DNA from: Deinococcales bacterium | Lineage (GTDB): Bacteria > Deinococcota > Deinococci > Deinococcales > JAAFIG01 | DNA length: 64,000 nucleotides | Direction of reading: 5' to 3' | Assembly: GCA_043778225.1 (NCBI GenBank) | Contig: JAYWGM010000075.1 | Location: forward strand, 11,747-75,746 | Shown here: positions 30,015 to 38,417 of the stretch, in pieces | How the letters are laid out: each line of letters begins with the position of its first letter | Numbering within the stretch: position 1 is the first letter of the stretch | Made by a program: the position numbers and the translations under genes | The notes under the pieces: model-generated | Told to the model about the DNA's origin: nothing | The model's database searches: none | Seen by the model: only the letters and a program-made list of their open reading frames with translations

Positions 30015-30734
30015 ATGAAACGTTTTTTACTATCCCTTCCTTGGCTGGCACTGACCTTCATGGCGTGTCAACAAACCACGCTGAACCAACCTAAACCAAT
30101 TGACCGCAATGGAAGCGCAATGCAGGCACAAGCCTTGATTGACTGGTTTCACAAGGATGCGCCCGAAAAATACCGTGCTTCAATCATGGGCGGAGTTCCT
30201 GAGGGTTGGCGTACCGGTACGAACACCTCACAATCTGGGGCTGAGTGGGCTAAAGTTTACCGTTCGTTGGATGTTATCAGTCCGTGGGCTGTGGGAAGAT
30301 TTGCTGATAATGCTGGCGCAGATCGGTTCAACCAAAATTACATCATTCCAGATTTGCTCGAGACCAAGCGATTAGGGATTGAATATATGCCCGTGGTTTT
30401 TCCTGGTTTTTCTTGGAACAATCTTAAAAATAACGGACGAGTCAATCAAATTCCCCGCAATGGAGGTCGTTTTTATTGGAATCAAGTTTATAATGCGATC
30501 ACTTCTGGCGCGACGATGATGAAAACAGCCATGTTTGACGAAGTAGACGAAGGAACAGCGATTTTCAAAATCTCTGAAGGGAAAGCATCCGCACCTGTCG
30601 AGTTTCCAATGGTCAATCTCGATGTAGACGGAGAAAAATTACCCTCCGACTGGTATTTGCGTGTGACCGGAGCAGCTACCCAAGTGCTGAAAAAAGAAAG
30701 AAAATTGACGAAGGATTTACCGTTACGTCCTTAG
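30015..30734 (+). CDS. Hypothetical lipoprotein (possibly glycoside-hydrolase-like)
   Basis: Lipobox LALTFMAC. The only function hint is my weak recollection of similar C-terminal regions in glycosidase-like proteins (VFPGFSWNN...DEVDEGTAIFK). Confidence 0.6.
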   Translation: MKRFLLSLPWLALTFMACQQTTLNQPKPIDRNGSAMQAQALIDWFHKDAPEKYRASIMGGVPEGWRTGTNTSQSGAEWAKVYRSLDVISPWAVGRFADNAGADRFNQNYIIPDLLETKRLGIEYMPVVFPGFSWNNLKNNGRVNQIPRNGGRFYWNQVYNAITSGATMMKTAMFDEVDEGTAIFKISEGKASAPVEFPMVNLDVDGEKLPSDWYLRVTGAATQVLKKERKLTKDLPLRP

Positions 30735-30768
30735 CAAATTAAGTACCAATCAATGGTACAAAATGGAT

Positions 30769-31365
30769 TTAACTGAGCATTGCCACCAAAATCCCTAGAA
30801 TTTCAGGTAGTTCCTCCAAGTCATAAGACCGATTATCCACGGTTAAAACCCGATGCTCGAGGTGTAAGAACTGCCAAGAATTTCCAATCGTCACAGCCCC
30901 ATAAACTCGAGTTTGAGGCTTGCCCTCGCGTTCATTAAAAATTTGGGTGGCGACCATTTCGGCTGTGGCTTGGGCGATACCTTGCTTAAAATTCTCGTTC
31001 TTGGCTTCTACGACTATCAAAACAGGCGCTTCTAAATATAACTGCTGAGTTGACTTAGAAAAAAGAAAATCACAAATCCCAATTAAACCTTGTTCAGAAT
31101 CCACGTTAAATTCCACGCCACTAAACACCGAAACTTGGTCATGCACCAGTCCACGAACCTCGAGCAGAATCGGTGCAATAATAAATTCGCTTCTGGCTTT
31201 TTCCGTATTTTGTTTGACTGCTACCGAAGCACCACGTTCAAGAATATAAGTTAGCGCGGGTGTTGGTTGGATTGGCGTAAAAGCAACTCCCAAAGGCTGG
31301 TTATCAATTAATTGCAAATCAAATTTTTTAATCACGGTTGGTAAAGTAAAATTACTGTATGCCAT
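30769..31365 (-). CDS. PD-(D/E)XK nuclease-fold protein (HsdR-N-like), paralogue 1
   Basis: CDFLF...VVEAKNENF matches a D...(D/E)xK core. About 70% identical by eye to 57641..58237. Confidence 0.7.
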   Translation of the reverse strand: MAYSNFTLPTVIKKFDLQLIDNQPLGVAFTPIQPTPALTYILERGASVAVKQNTEKARSEFIIAPILLEVRGLVHDQVSVFSGVEFNVDSEQGLIGICDFLFSKSTQQLYLEAPVLIVVEAKNENFKQGIAQATAEMVATQIFNEREGKPQTRVYGAVTIGNSWQFLHLEHRVLTVDNRSYDLEELPEILGILVAMLS

Positions 31366-31397
31366 TTGTTTAGTGTAGTCGTTTCGTTCCTGAGTTT

Positions 31398-32342
31398 CTA
31401 CGAGGAAAATAAGTATTTTCTTAAAGCAACTATTTGTGAGTTTCGGAAATCCCGAACCACTTGAATTTGCGGATCAAAAACATCAAAACCATGAAATGCA
31501 CCTCCGACCACTACAAGTTCAGTCTCGATGCTACTTGCTTCTAACCGCTTTGCATACGTTAAATCTTCGTCATAAAAAACATCCAGAGACCCCACGCCAA
31601 TCCAAACGGGAGGCAAACCAGTGAGGTCTTCTCGGCGGGCAGGTACGGCATAAGGAGGTGTGGTTTTTGCGCCACACGCTGTTCCTAAGTAGCTCTCCCA
31701 ACCAAATTGATTACTTTTTTGCGTCCAAGTCACATTTTGGCTGTCATCTATTTCGGTACGCAGTACAGTTCGATCATCAAGCATCGGGTAGATAAGTAAT
31801 TGAAGTGCCACTTTGAATTCTTGTCGGTCATAAATAAGTTGTACCAGAGCCGCAGCCAGTCCACCACCTGCGCTCGCCCCGCCAATGGCAATTCGGTTTA
31901 GATCTATGCCCAGTTCTCGAGCTTGCGAAACAACCCATTTTAAGGCAGCATAACAGTCGTCTAATCCAATTGGAAAAGGATACTTTGGTGCGTACCGGTA
32001 ATCCACTGAAACCACTGTGATGCCTAATTCTTGAACATACTGCGAACAACAACCATCATCTTGTTCTGGCTTGCCGACCACATAACCACCGCCGTGCATC
32101 CAAATCAGCACAGGAGTTGGTGTTGTTGCCATTTTTGGTTTGTAGACCCGTACACGAATCTTTGCTTGACCTGATTCGATAAAAATATTTTCGATGAAAA
32201 CACTTTGCGGAGTTTTGGCTTTAGGCATGATGGACATAATCAAACGCATCAGCCAAAGGTTTTTTTTATTAAAATCAAATTTTGGAGTTCTGTTTGCAAT
32301 TTGTAAAAGCTGAGGATGAATTTTAGAAATTTCTTTTTTCAT
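31398..32342 (-). CDS. Alpha/beta hydrolase, HSL-type esterase/lipase
   Basis: HGGGYV oxyanion motif, GASAGG nucleophile elbow and a C-terminal HGF motif. Confidence 0.85.
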   Translation of the reverse strand: MKKEISKIHPQLLQIANRTPKFDFNKKNLWLMRLIMSIMPKAKTPQSVFIENIFIESGQAKIRVRVYKPKMATTPTPVLIWMHGGGYVVGKPEQDDGCCSQYVQELGITVVSVDYRYAPKYPFPIGLDDCYAALKWVVSQARELGIDLNRIAIGGASAGGGLAAALVQLIYDRQEFKVALQLLIYPMLDDRTVLRTEIDDSQNVTWTQKSNQFGWESYLGTACGAKTTPPYAVPARREDLTGLPPVWIGVGSLDVFYDEDLTYAKRLEASSIETELVVVGGAFHGFDVFDPQIQVVRDFRNSQIVALRKYLFSS

Positions 32343-32398
32343 GCGAATACTCCGTGTGCGTTGTTGGTTTGAACAGAGTCTACCTCAGTTTCCACCGT

Positions 32399-32431
32399 GC
32401 GACGCTGATGCGACGCTTTGTGTAGCATAAT
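32399..32431 (+). promoter_or_regulatory. Candidate activator-dependent promoter B: GCGACGCT-gat-GCGACGCT-N8-CATAAT
   Basis: Read directly, 40 nt upstream of the P450 ATG. The downstream ATCGCTCGAGAA is shared with promoter A. Confidence 0.6.
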
Positions 32432-32470
32432 CATCGTATCGCTCGAGAACTCGAGGAAAAAAGGAGCATC

Positions 32471-33712
32471 ATGTCTGAACCCACTTCCGTAGCGGCGAGC
32501 CGCAAATACGACCTGTACAGCCAGACCACCAAAGATAATCCGTATCCTGTGTTTGCCCAGATGCGTCTCGAGAATCCTGTCTATTCGCAACTTGGGTTGG
32601 ATGGAAAAACCAAAATTTGGTTTGTGACTCGCTTTGAAGATGTTCAATACATTCTGCATCACGATGAACTTTTTGTGCGTGACTCCAAAAATGCTCTACC
32701 CGCCGATAAAGTACATCAGCCCAGCCAACTCGAGGCGTTGATGTTTAACCATATGCTCAATAAAGACGGCGAAGATCACCGCCGCTTACGCACCTTGGTC
32801 AGCCAAGCCTTCACCCCGTCTCGAGTGCGTGAAATGCGACCTCAAGTCCAAGCCATTAGCGATGATTTAATCGCAGCCATTAAGTCCAAAGGGCAAATGG
32901 ATTTAATTGCTGATTATGCGTTTGCATTACCAACGATTGTGATTTCCCAAATGCTGGGTATTCCCACCACAGACCGTGAGCGTTTTAAGCAATGGACCGA
33001 AGCCACCATCGCGCCAGCCCTGACACCAGAAGCCCAAGCCAAGGCAGGAGCGCTGTTGCAAGAATTTGCGGCATACTTAGGCGAACTGTTTGCTGCGCGG
33101 CGTTTGAATCCACAAAACGATTTGATTTCGGCGTTGCTCCAAGCCGAAGAAGCCGGCAATCAACTTTCCGAATCTGAACTTTATAGCACCGTTGTGCTGC
33201 TGATTATTGCTGGACATGAAACCACCGTCAACCTAATTGGCAATTCGATTCTTGCACTGATGCGTTTCCCCGAAGCTCGAGCAGAGTTGCAACAACACCC
33301 CGAACAAATGGCTGGCGCTTTAGATGAATTCCTGCGTTACGATAGCCCTGTCGAACGGGCTTTCTCGAGATGGGCTGCTAAGGATACCGAACTTGGCGGG
33401 CAGCAAATCAAACAAGGCGATTTGGTCATGGGCATATTAGGCGCTGCTAATCACGACCCAGAAAAATTCCCTAACCCAGAGGTGCTTGACCTTTCGAGAG
33501 ATGCAAAACGCCAATTGGCATTCGGACACGGAATGCACTTTTGTCTGGGGATGCCTTTGGCTCGGCTCGAGGGTGAAATTGCCCTGAATTCCTTGTTGCA
33601 AAACCTGCCGAATTTGCGCCTTGGGGTCGGCGAAGAAGACCTGACTTGGCGTACCCTGCCAATGTTTCGTGGCATGAAACAAATTCCAATCGTTTGGGAT
33701 ATGAGTACATGA
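32471..33712 (+). CDS. Cytochrome P450
   Basis: AGHETT I-helix, ExxR (EFLRYD) and the heme-Cys loop FGHGMHFCLG. Confidence 0.93.
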   Translation: MSEPTSVAASRKYDLYSQTTKDNPYPVFAQMRLENPVYSQLGLDGKTKIWFVTRFEDVQYILHHDELFVRDSKNALPADKVHQPSQLEALMFNHMLNKDGEDHRRLRTLVSQAFTPSRVREMRPQVQAISDDLIAAIKSKGQMDLIADYAFALPTIVISQMLGIPTTDRERFKQWTEATIAPALTPEAQAKAGALLQEFAAYLGELFAARRLNPQNDLISALLQAEEAGNQLSESELYSTVVLLIIAGHETTVNLIGNSILALMRFPEARAELQQHPEQMAGALDEFLRYDSPVERAFSRWAAKDTELGGQQIKQGDLVMGILGAANHDPEKFPNPEVLDLSRDAKRQLAFGHGMHFCLGMPLARLEGEIALNSLLQNLPNLRLGVGEEDLTWRTLPMFRGMKQIPIVWDMST

Positions 33713-34242
33713 AACCCATTTTTTTAATCATGGGAACACCTGCCGCAGGCAAAAGCACCATTGCTAAAGCCTTGACGCAGCGCTTTGAGAAGGGGCTGCA
33801 TATTCCCGTGGATGACCTGCGCCACATGGTCGTCTCGGGCTTGTCAGACATGGGTTTTGAAGTTCCACCCGCCACGCTCGAACAGGTGCGCTTGGCTCGA
33901 GAAGCCGCTTCGAGCATGGCAAGGATTTACTCAGATAACGAATTTGCAGTTGCTATAGATGATTTTTGGTACGGTGATAAACCCGACGAAGTGTACGCGC
34001 AAAAAATCGGGCAACGTGTGACCCGAGTTTTACTGCTCCCAAACCTCGAGACAACAGTGCAGCGCTTGTACTCGAGAAACCCAGAAGAGGGCAGTTTTAA
34101 GCAGATTCTCGAGCAAGCGATTCGGCAATTGCATGTCCAGATTGCAGTGCATCCAAAGATTAATTGGCTGGTGATTGACTCGAGCGGTTTGAGTGTTGAA
34201 CAGACTGTAGATAAAATCCTTGCGAGAACGGAAAGAACTTGA
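33709..34242 (+). CDS. P-loop kinase/AAA-family protein (phosphotransferase-like)
   Basis: ORF 33646..34242. The ATG at 33709 overlaps the P450 stop (ATGA). MKPIFLIMGTPAAGKSTIAKAL Walker A. Confidence 0.75.
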   Translation: MKPIFLIMGTPAAGKSTIAKALTQRFEKGLHIPVDDLRHMVVSGLSDMGFEVPPATLEQVRLAREAASSMARIYSDNEFAVAIDDFWYGDKPDEVYAQKIGQRVTRVLLLPNLETTVQRLYSRNPEEGSFKQILEQAIRQLHVQIAVHPKINWLVIDSSGLSVEQTVDKILARTERT

Positions 34243-34311
34243 AGACAAGGCTTTTGATGACGTTATACAAAGAGCCCAATCCCTAGAAGCGTTCCGTCCC
34301 CGTCTTGAGTC

Positions 34312-34794
34312 CTAGAGGTGTTCTTGCAACCGATCTTGCACCCGCCAGAGTAGTTGAATCAGTTTCTCTTGCTCTTTTGGACTCAGCACCTCCATCCATA
34401 TTTTTTCTGCGCGGTGAATCGGTACGCGCACTTCGTCCGCTACCCTGCGCCCCTCATCGGTGATTTCAACAAGGAGCATTCGGCGGTCCGACGGGTGCGG
34501 TTTGCGCTGGACGTAACCCCGGCGTTCAAGTGAGTCGAGCAATCCGGTGATGGTCGCTCGGGTCACGACCAGTCTATCGCTAATCTCGTGCGGCGAGAGG
34601 GGACTGTTCGCATTTGCCAATGCGATCAGTGCCAGCCCCGTGGCGATACTGAGGTCGAACGGACGCTTAATTGTCTCGATGTGACTGAGCAAAAGATCAT
34701 TGGTGCGGACGATGTTCAAGACGCACTCTGTGGCTTTTCTGCTACTCTCGGGCCAGCGTTGCTCGAATCCTTCGGATAGTGTTATGTGTTGCAT
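34312..34794 (-). CDS. MarR family transcriptional regulator
   Basis: wHTH region LSPHEISDRLVVTRATITGLLDSLERRGYVQRKPHPSDRR. Confidence 0.9.
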   Translation of the reverse strand: MQHITLSEGFEQRWPESSRKATECVLNIVRTNDLLLSHIETIKRPFDLSIATGLALIALANANSPLSPHEISDRLVVTRATITGLLDSLERRGYVQRKPHPSDRRMLLVEITDEGRRVADEVRVPIHRAEKIWMEVLSPKEQEKLIQLLWRVQDRLQEHL

Positions 34795-34857
34795 GGTGTG
34801 CTATTCTCCTTCTTTTTACTATTGGCACAGATAATCAGCACCAAGATAGTTAGGGAC

Positions 34858-34886
34858 TTGACAAATTTAGTTTGACCCCTTATTAT
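34858..34886 (+). promoter_or_regulatory. Sigma-70-type promoter TTGACA-17-TATTAT, divergent from marR
   Basis: Exact hexamers and 17-nt spacer read directly. Confidence 0.55.
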
Positions 34887-35014
34887 CACCTTACAAGCAA
34901 TCAGGTCGGGTGTAAAGATACATTCGTAATCACGCGACACACATGCAAGGCCTCTGCTGAGAAACGACCTATCTGGCTGGTTAAAACTTGGCGCTCTGAA
35001 TACTCGAAGTGTCT

Positions 35015-35129
35015 AAGAAAATACCTCACGCAATCATTTTCGCATTTACCAAGATTTTGACATCAAAACCCCAACATCCCCGAACGCCCTTGAAGTCGAA
35101 AGGAGCGAAGTGTCAAGTATTGTCTGTCC
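35015..35129 (+). repeat. Leader module copy 1 (49-nt block identical to 36757-36805; second block 35078-35129 about 88% identical to 36863-36913)
   Basis: Direct comparison of the two loci. Confidence 0.9.
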
Positions 35130-35192
35130 TAGACCATTGTTTGCATCCATGATACCCACAACCCCCAATGCCGAGCTGGGCTGGAAGTCCAC

Positions 35193-35225
35193 GCGACGCT
35201 CACGCAACGCACCCTTTGGCATACT
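35193..35225 (+). promoter_or_regulatory. Candidate promoter C: GCGACGCT-cac-GCAACGCA-N8-CATACT
   Basis: Same spacing as A and B, but the second repeat is degenerate. It lies 114 nt upstream of 35339. Confidence 0.4.
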
Positions 35226-35338
35226 GGCATCGTTCACCTATTGAATACCAGCCGTCAGTGTGGCTCTTGTGTTCGCAGCAAAGGAGAATACGTATTTTGG
35301 CACTCGACCCCAAGCCCTCTAGCCCAAAGGAGAAAAGC

Positions 35339-35623
35339 ATGACTACCCTATTTGTAAGACACCAAGTGAGCAATTTTGATAACTGGAAAAAGATCTACGA
35401 CGAGCTTGGAGCTACTCGCGAAAAGATGGGGGTCAGCGCAGCCAGCGTCCACCGTGATGGTACCGACCCCAATACAGTAATGGTTACCCACCGGTTTCCC
35501 AACATCGGTGCAGCCACCGCTTTTGCCAACTCCGAGGAACTCAAAGCTGGCATGGGACGGGCTGGGGTTACCAGCCAACCGGAGATGTGGTTTACCGACG
35601 ACGTTGAACACACCGCGCACTAG
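35339..35623 (+). CDS. Small alpha/beta-barrel (ABM/Dabb-like) protein, paralogue 1
   Basis: ORF 35168..35623 trimmed to MTTLFVRHQV with an AAAGGAG SD. Paralogous to 37028..37297. Confidence 0.7.
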   Translation: MTTLFVRHQVSNFDNWKKIYDELGATREKMGVSAASVHRDGTDPNTVMVTHRFPNIGAATAFANSEELKAGMGRAGVTSQPEMWFTDDVEHTAH

Positions 35624-35855
35624 ACCAAAGCTAGAACACTCGCTCGAGACCACCTGAATTTTGCAAGCAACCATCGAGCCAGTCTGGGATATTCTTTCCG
35701 ACCCCTACACTGGCTCACTTGATTCCCAACGTTTTGTAAGGTGCGCTCGAGCACCGCACTACCTACCTATTTTGGAGTTTTATACCGAAGGTACGGTATT
35801 ACTAATTAGGCTGGTGTCAGTAAACTCACATTAGAAATAACCAAGGTGTCTGAAA

Positions 35856-36377
35856 ATGCTAACTATTTCTCAAGTCAACTCAGAAGCCGAAATTGTAGCT
35901 GTTCAAGAACTAATGCGCGAATACGCAACGTGGGCTTTCACACTCATCCCGGGCAGTAATGAAGCGCCTACTTGGGAGGGATTCGACGAGGAGTTGGCGA
36001 CATTACCCGGTATTTATGCACCACCAGGGCGTTTACTACTAGCCATGCAAGATGGAAAGCCAGCAGGGTGTGTATGTCTCAAAGCACATGATGCCAATAC
36101 CAGTGAACTCAAGCGGCTCTACGTGCGTCCCATCTTTCGGGGACAAAACATTGGTCAGCAATTAGTCAAAATTCTTGTTAAAGAGGCACGTCAATCCAGA
36201 TATCAACGGATCGTGCTGGATAGCCACGCTTCGATGAAAAAAGCACATGCAATCTATTTGGAAGTTGGATTTAGATTGGTGAGCGCCCCGAATGATTTTC
36301 CAGAGGAACTCAAACCAGTTGTGGTGTTCATGGAGTGTGATCTATCTGATGCAACCAATGAAAATGAAGTAGATTGA
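35856..36377 (+). CDS. GNAT family N-acetyltransferase
   Basis: RLYVRPIFRGQNIGQQLV acetyl-CoA binding motif (R/Q-x-x-G-x-G/A). Confidence 0.88.
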   Translation: MLTISQVNSEAEIVAVQELMREYATWAFTLIPGSNEAPTWEGFDEELATLPGIYAPPGRLLLAMQDGKPAGCVCLKAHDANTSELKRLYVRPIFRGQNIGQQLVKILVKEARQSRYQRIVLDSHASMKKAHAIYLEVGFRLVSAPNDFPEELKPVVVFMECDLSDATNENEVD

Positions 36378-36756
36378 AAGTGTTACAGACTTTATTCGCA
36401 CTGCGCCCAACTCAGCGTGTAGCCGACCCGTCCAGTTGCATCCAGAGAAGGCTTTTTTTGCACAATAGATAACGCAAAACCAAAAATATTTGAACCACTA
36501 TGTCAAAACATGATTTGCCACTGAGACTGTTGGTAATGTCCAAAAAAACCTAACAAAGCAGGGATCTATTCAAATGATTAGATGATCTTCCGTTTCATAC
36601 ACAACCCTCTTGGAATTTACATAAGCAATATCAGTTTTTTTCTGTTTACGACACTGATTTTCTGGTTCCTCGAGAAATCAATCAAATCAATTCACAACTT
36701 GCTTAAAAATACACTCTTCCCAAAGTTGCTTGGCAGTACACAATTGCAAAAAACTC

Positions 36757-36913
36757 AAGAAAATACCTCACGCAATCATTTTCGCATTTACCAAGATTTT
36801 GACATGCTTAACTCCTGACAAGAAATTGCTTACATTCAGCTTCAAAATCGAAAACCCAAAGTCCCAGAACGCCCCTGAAGTCGAAAGAAGCGACGTGTCA
36901 AATACTGTCTGCC
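36757..36913 (+). repeat. Leader module copy 2
   Basis: See 35015..35129. Here the two blocks are separated by a 57-nt insert. Confidence 0.9.
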
Positions 36914-36947
36914 CGCGCCCTAAGCCCTCTCGCAAAAGAGAAATTTT

Positions 36948-37016
36948 ATGGTTCAGATCATCGTTCACCACACCCTCACCGATTGCGCCAGATTCAAGCC
37001 CAACTCGAGCAAATAA
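36948..37016 (+). pseudogene. 22-codon remnant (or uORF) of a third ABM-like paralogue (MVQIIVHHTLTDCARFKPNSSK*)
   Basis: Its N-terminus aligns with MTTLFVRHQVSNFDNWK and MTQLLVKHAVRDFNLWK. The upstream sequence taagccctctcgcaaaagagaaa matches the RBS region of 35339. Confidence 0.5.
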
Positions 37017-37027
37017 AGGAGCAACAC

Positions 37028-37297
37028 ATGACACAACTTTTAGTCAAACATGCCGTCAGAGACTTCAACCTCTGGAAAACCGTCTACGACTCGCTGGCGG
37101 ACCTGCGAGACCAGCATGGCTTTGTTAGTTCCCGCATCTTGCGAGACGCGGATAACCCCAATCAGGTCGTGGTAATCGAGGAATACCGCACGCTCGAGGG
37201 AGCCAAAAACTTCGCACAATCTACAGCGTTGCGTGTGGCAATGGGTCATGGGGGTGTGATCAGTACGCCCGACATTACCTTTCTCGAGTCCGTTTGA
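37028..37297 (+). CDS. Small alpha/beta-barrel (ABM/Dabb-like) protein, paralogue 2
   Basis: ORF 36983..37297 trimmed to MTQLLVKHAV with an AAAGGAG SD. Confidence 0.7.
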   Translation: MTQLLVKHAVRDFNLWKTVYDSLADLRDQHGFVSSRILRDADNPNQVVVIEEYRTLEGAKNFAQSTALRVAMGHGGVISTPDITFLESV

Positions 37298-37363
37298 ATC
37301 AACACTGAACCAGACCTCGCTCGAAACCAATTTCAACTGCAAACCACACCACAGGAGGAAATC

Positions 37364-37945
37364 ATGAATCGTCGTCAAATGCTCAAATTGGGACTGTCCA
37401 GCGCCGCCACAAGCATGATCGTACCCGCTTTGCCCGGATTACTCTCGAGCGCCAGCGCCCAAGCCCTCGTGCCTGCCTTCGGCACCCGTCGCTCCATTGA
37501 AAACAGCGTTTATTACAACGGAAACGTCTTCAGTTTCCTCGCCGACTCGAGAGCCACTAGCGGAAGTTACGCGATGTATGAGGTAACTATCCGTCAAGGT
37601 CTCGAGCCGCCACCGCACACGCACACCCGCGAGGACGAAATCTTCTTGATCCTAGAAGGCGAGGCAACTTTTAAAAGCGGCAATGTCACCGACGAAGGCA
37701 AACCTGGCGACCACATCTTCCAACCGCGCAACGAATTGCACTCGTTCAAAATCAAAACCCCAACCCTACACGCCATCATCATGGTCACACCAGGCGGACT
37801 CGAGAAGGCGTTCCAAGCGCGGGGCAAACCCGTGACCTCGCTCGAGTTGCCACCAGTACCCGCACCGCCCACGCCCGAACAGATCGCAGCGACTTTCAAG
37901 TTCTTCGCGGACAACTACGGCGTTATCTACGCACCGAGACAGTAA
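37364..37945 (+). CDS. Cupin-domain protein with Tat signal
   Basis: MNRRQMLKLGLSSAATS...ASAQA. The cupin motifs are PPHTHTREDEIFLILEG and the later H in ELHSF. Confidence 0.8.
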   Translation: MNRRQMLKLGLSSAATSMIVPALPGLLSSASAQALVPAFGTRRSIENSVYYNGNVFSFLADSRATSGSYAMYEVTIRQGLEPPPHTHTREDEIFLILEGEATFKSGNVTDEGKPGDHIFQPRNELHSFKIKTPTLHAIIMVTPGGLEKAFQARGKPVTSLELPPVPAPPTPEQIAATFKFFADNYGVIYAPRQ

Positions 37946-37990
37946 GCGTCAGAGCGCATTGTGCCACCACCGCTTAAAAAACACTCGGTC

Positions 37991-38331
37991 GTGGCGAAGC
38001 TGACCCCGATTGCGAAACAAAACGGACTGGAGATTTTAGATCCTCCCGGCGCATCGAAGGCTTAAAGCTCGAGAATGTCCAAATTCGGGTACTCGAGACG
38101 TTGATTCGCCCCAATGAAGAAACAGCCGTGCATACCCACATTTGGTCTGGGGTTTTGTACATCATCTCTTGGAGCGATTTTATTCGTTATGACGAGCATC
38201 GCAATGTCATGATGGATTCGAGCCGCATGACAAGTGCGCCACTTGAGGGAAGGGAACGGCAATTCTGGCTACACCTCTGCCGCCGCATTCACTGCGAAAT
38301 GTTGGAACTAAAAACATTCATGTCGTTCTGA
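37991..38331 (+). pseudogene. Possible frameshifted cupin-like remnant
   Basis: The ORF 38101..38331 (TTG start) reading frame stays open upstream to 37978 without an ATG. A second frame starting with GTG at 37991 ends at 38063. ETAVHTHIW resembles a cupin metal motif. Confidence 0.3.
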
Positions 38332-38417
38332 CTGAATTCAAAACCTGACTTCGCCTCGAGTCTGAAAGGACAGCCCTGTTTGGTATATACTCTCGGTAAT
38401 ACCATCAGGAGGTCTTT

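Noticed and set aside
29575-30018. 147-aa plus-strand ORF bridging the OMP-like gene and the lipoprotein gene
   Set aside because: It overlaps the 3' third of 29277..29732 in another frame and runs through a spacer packed with CTCGAG hairpins. The sequence is Cys/Ser/Pro-rich with no motif or RBS.
35046-35237. Minus-strand ORFs 35046..35237 and 36768..37034 share the peptide GQT(I/V)(L/F)DTSLLSTS(R/G)AF, suggesting a conserved small protein
   Set aside because: The shared peptide simply mirrors the conserved nucleotide block. Of the 6 substitutions between the copies, only 2 are synonymous in that frame, and the ORFs differ completely in length and termini. I treat the block as non-coding.
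36582-36818. 78-aa ORF in the AT-rich tail after the GNAT gene
   Set aside because: It is a hydrophobic, low-complexity translation of AT-rich DNA without an RBS. It runs into the conserved leader block, so it is probably non-coding.
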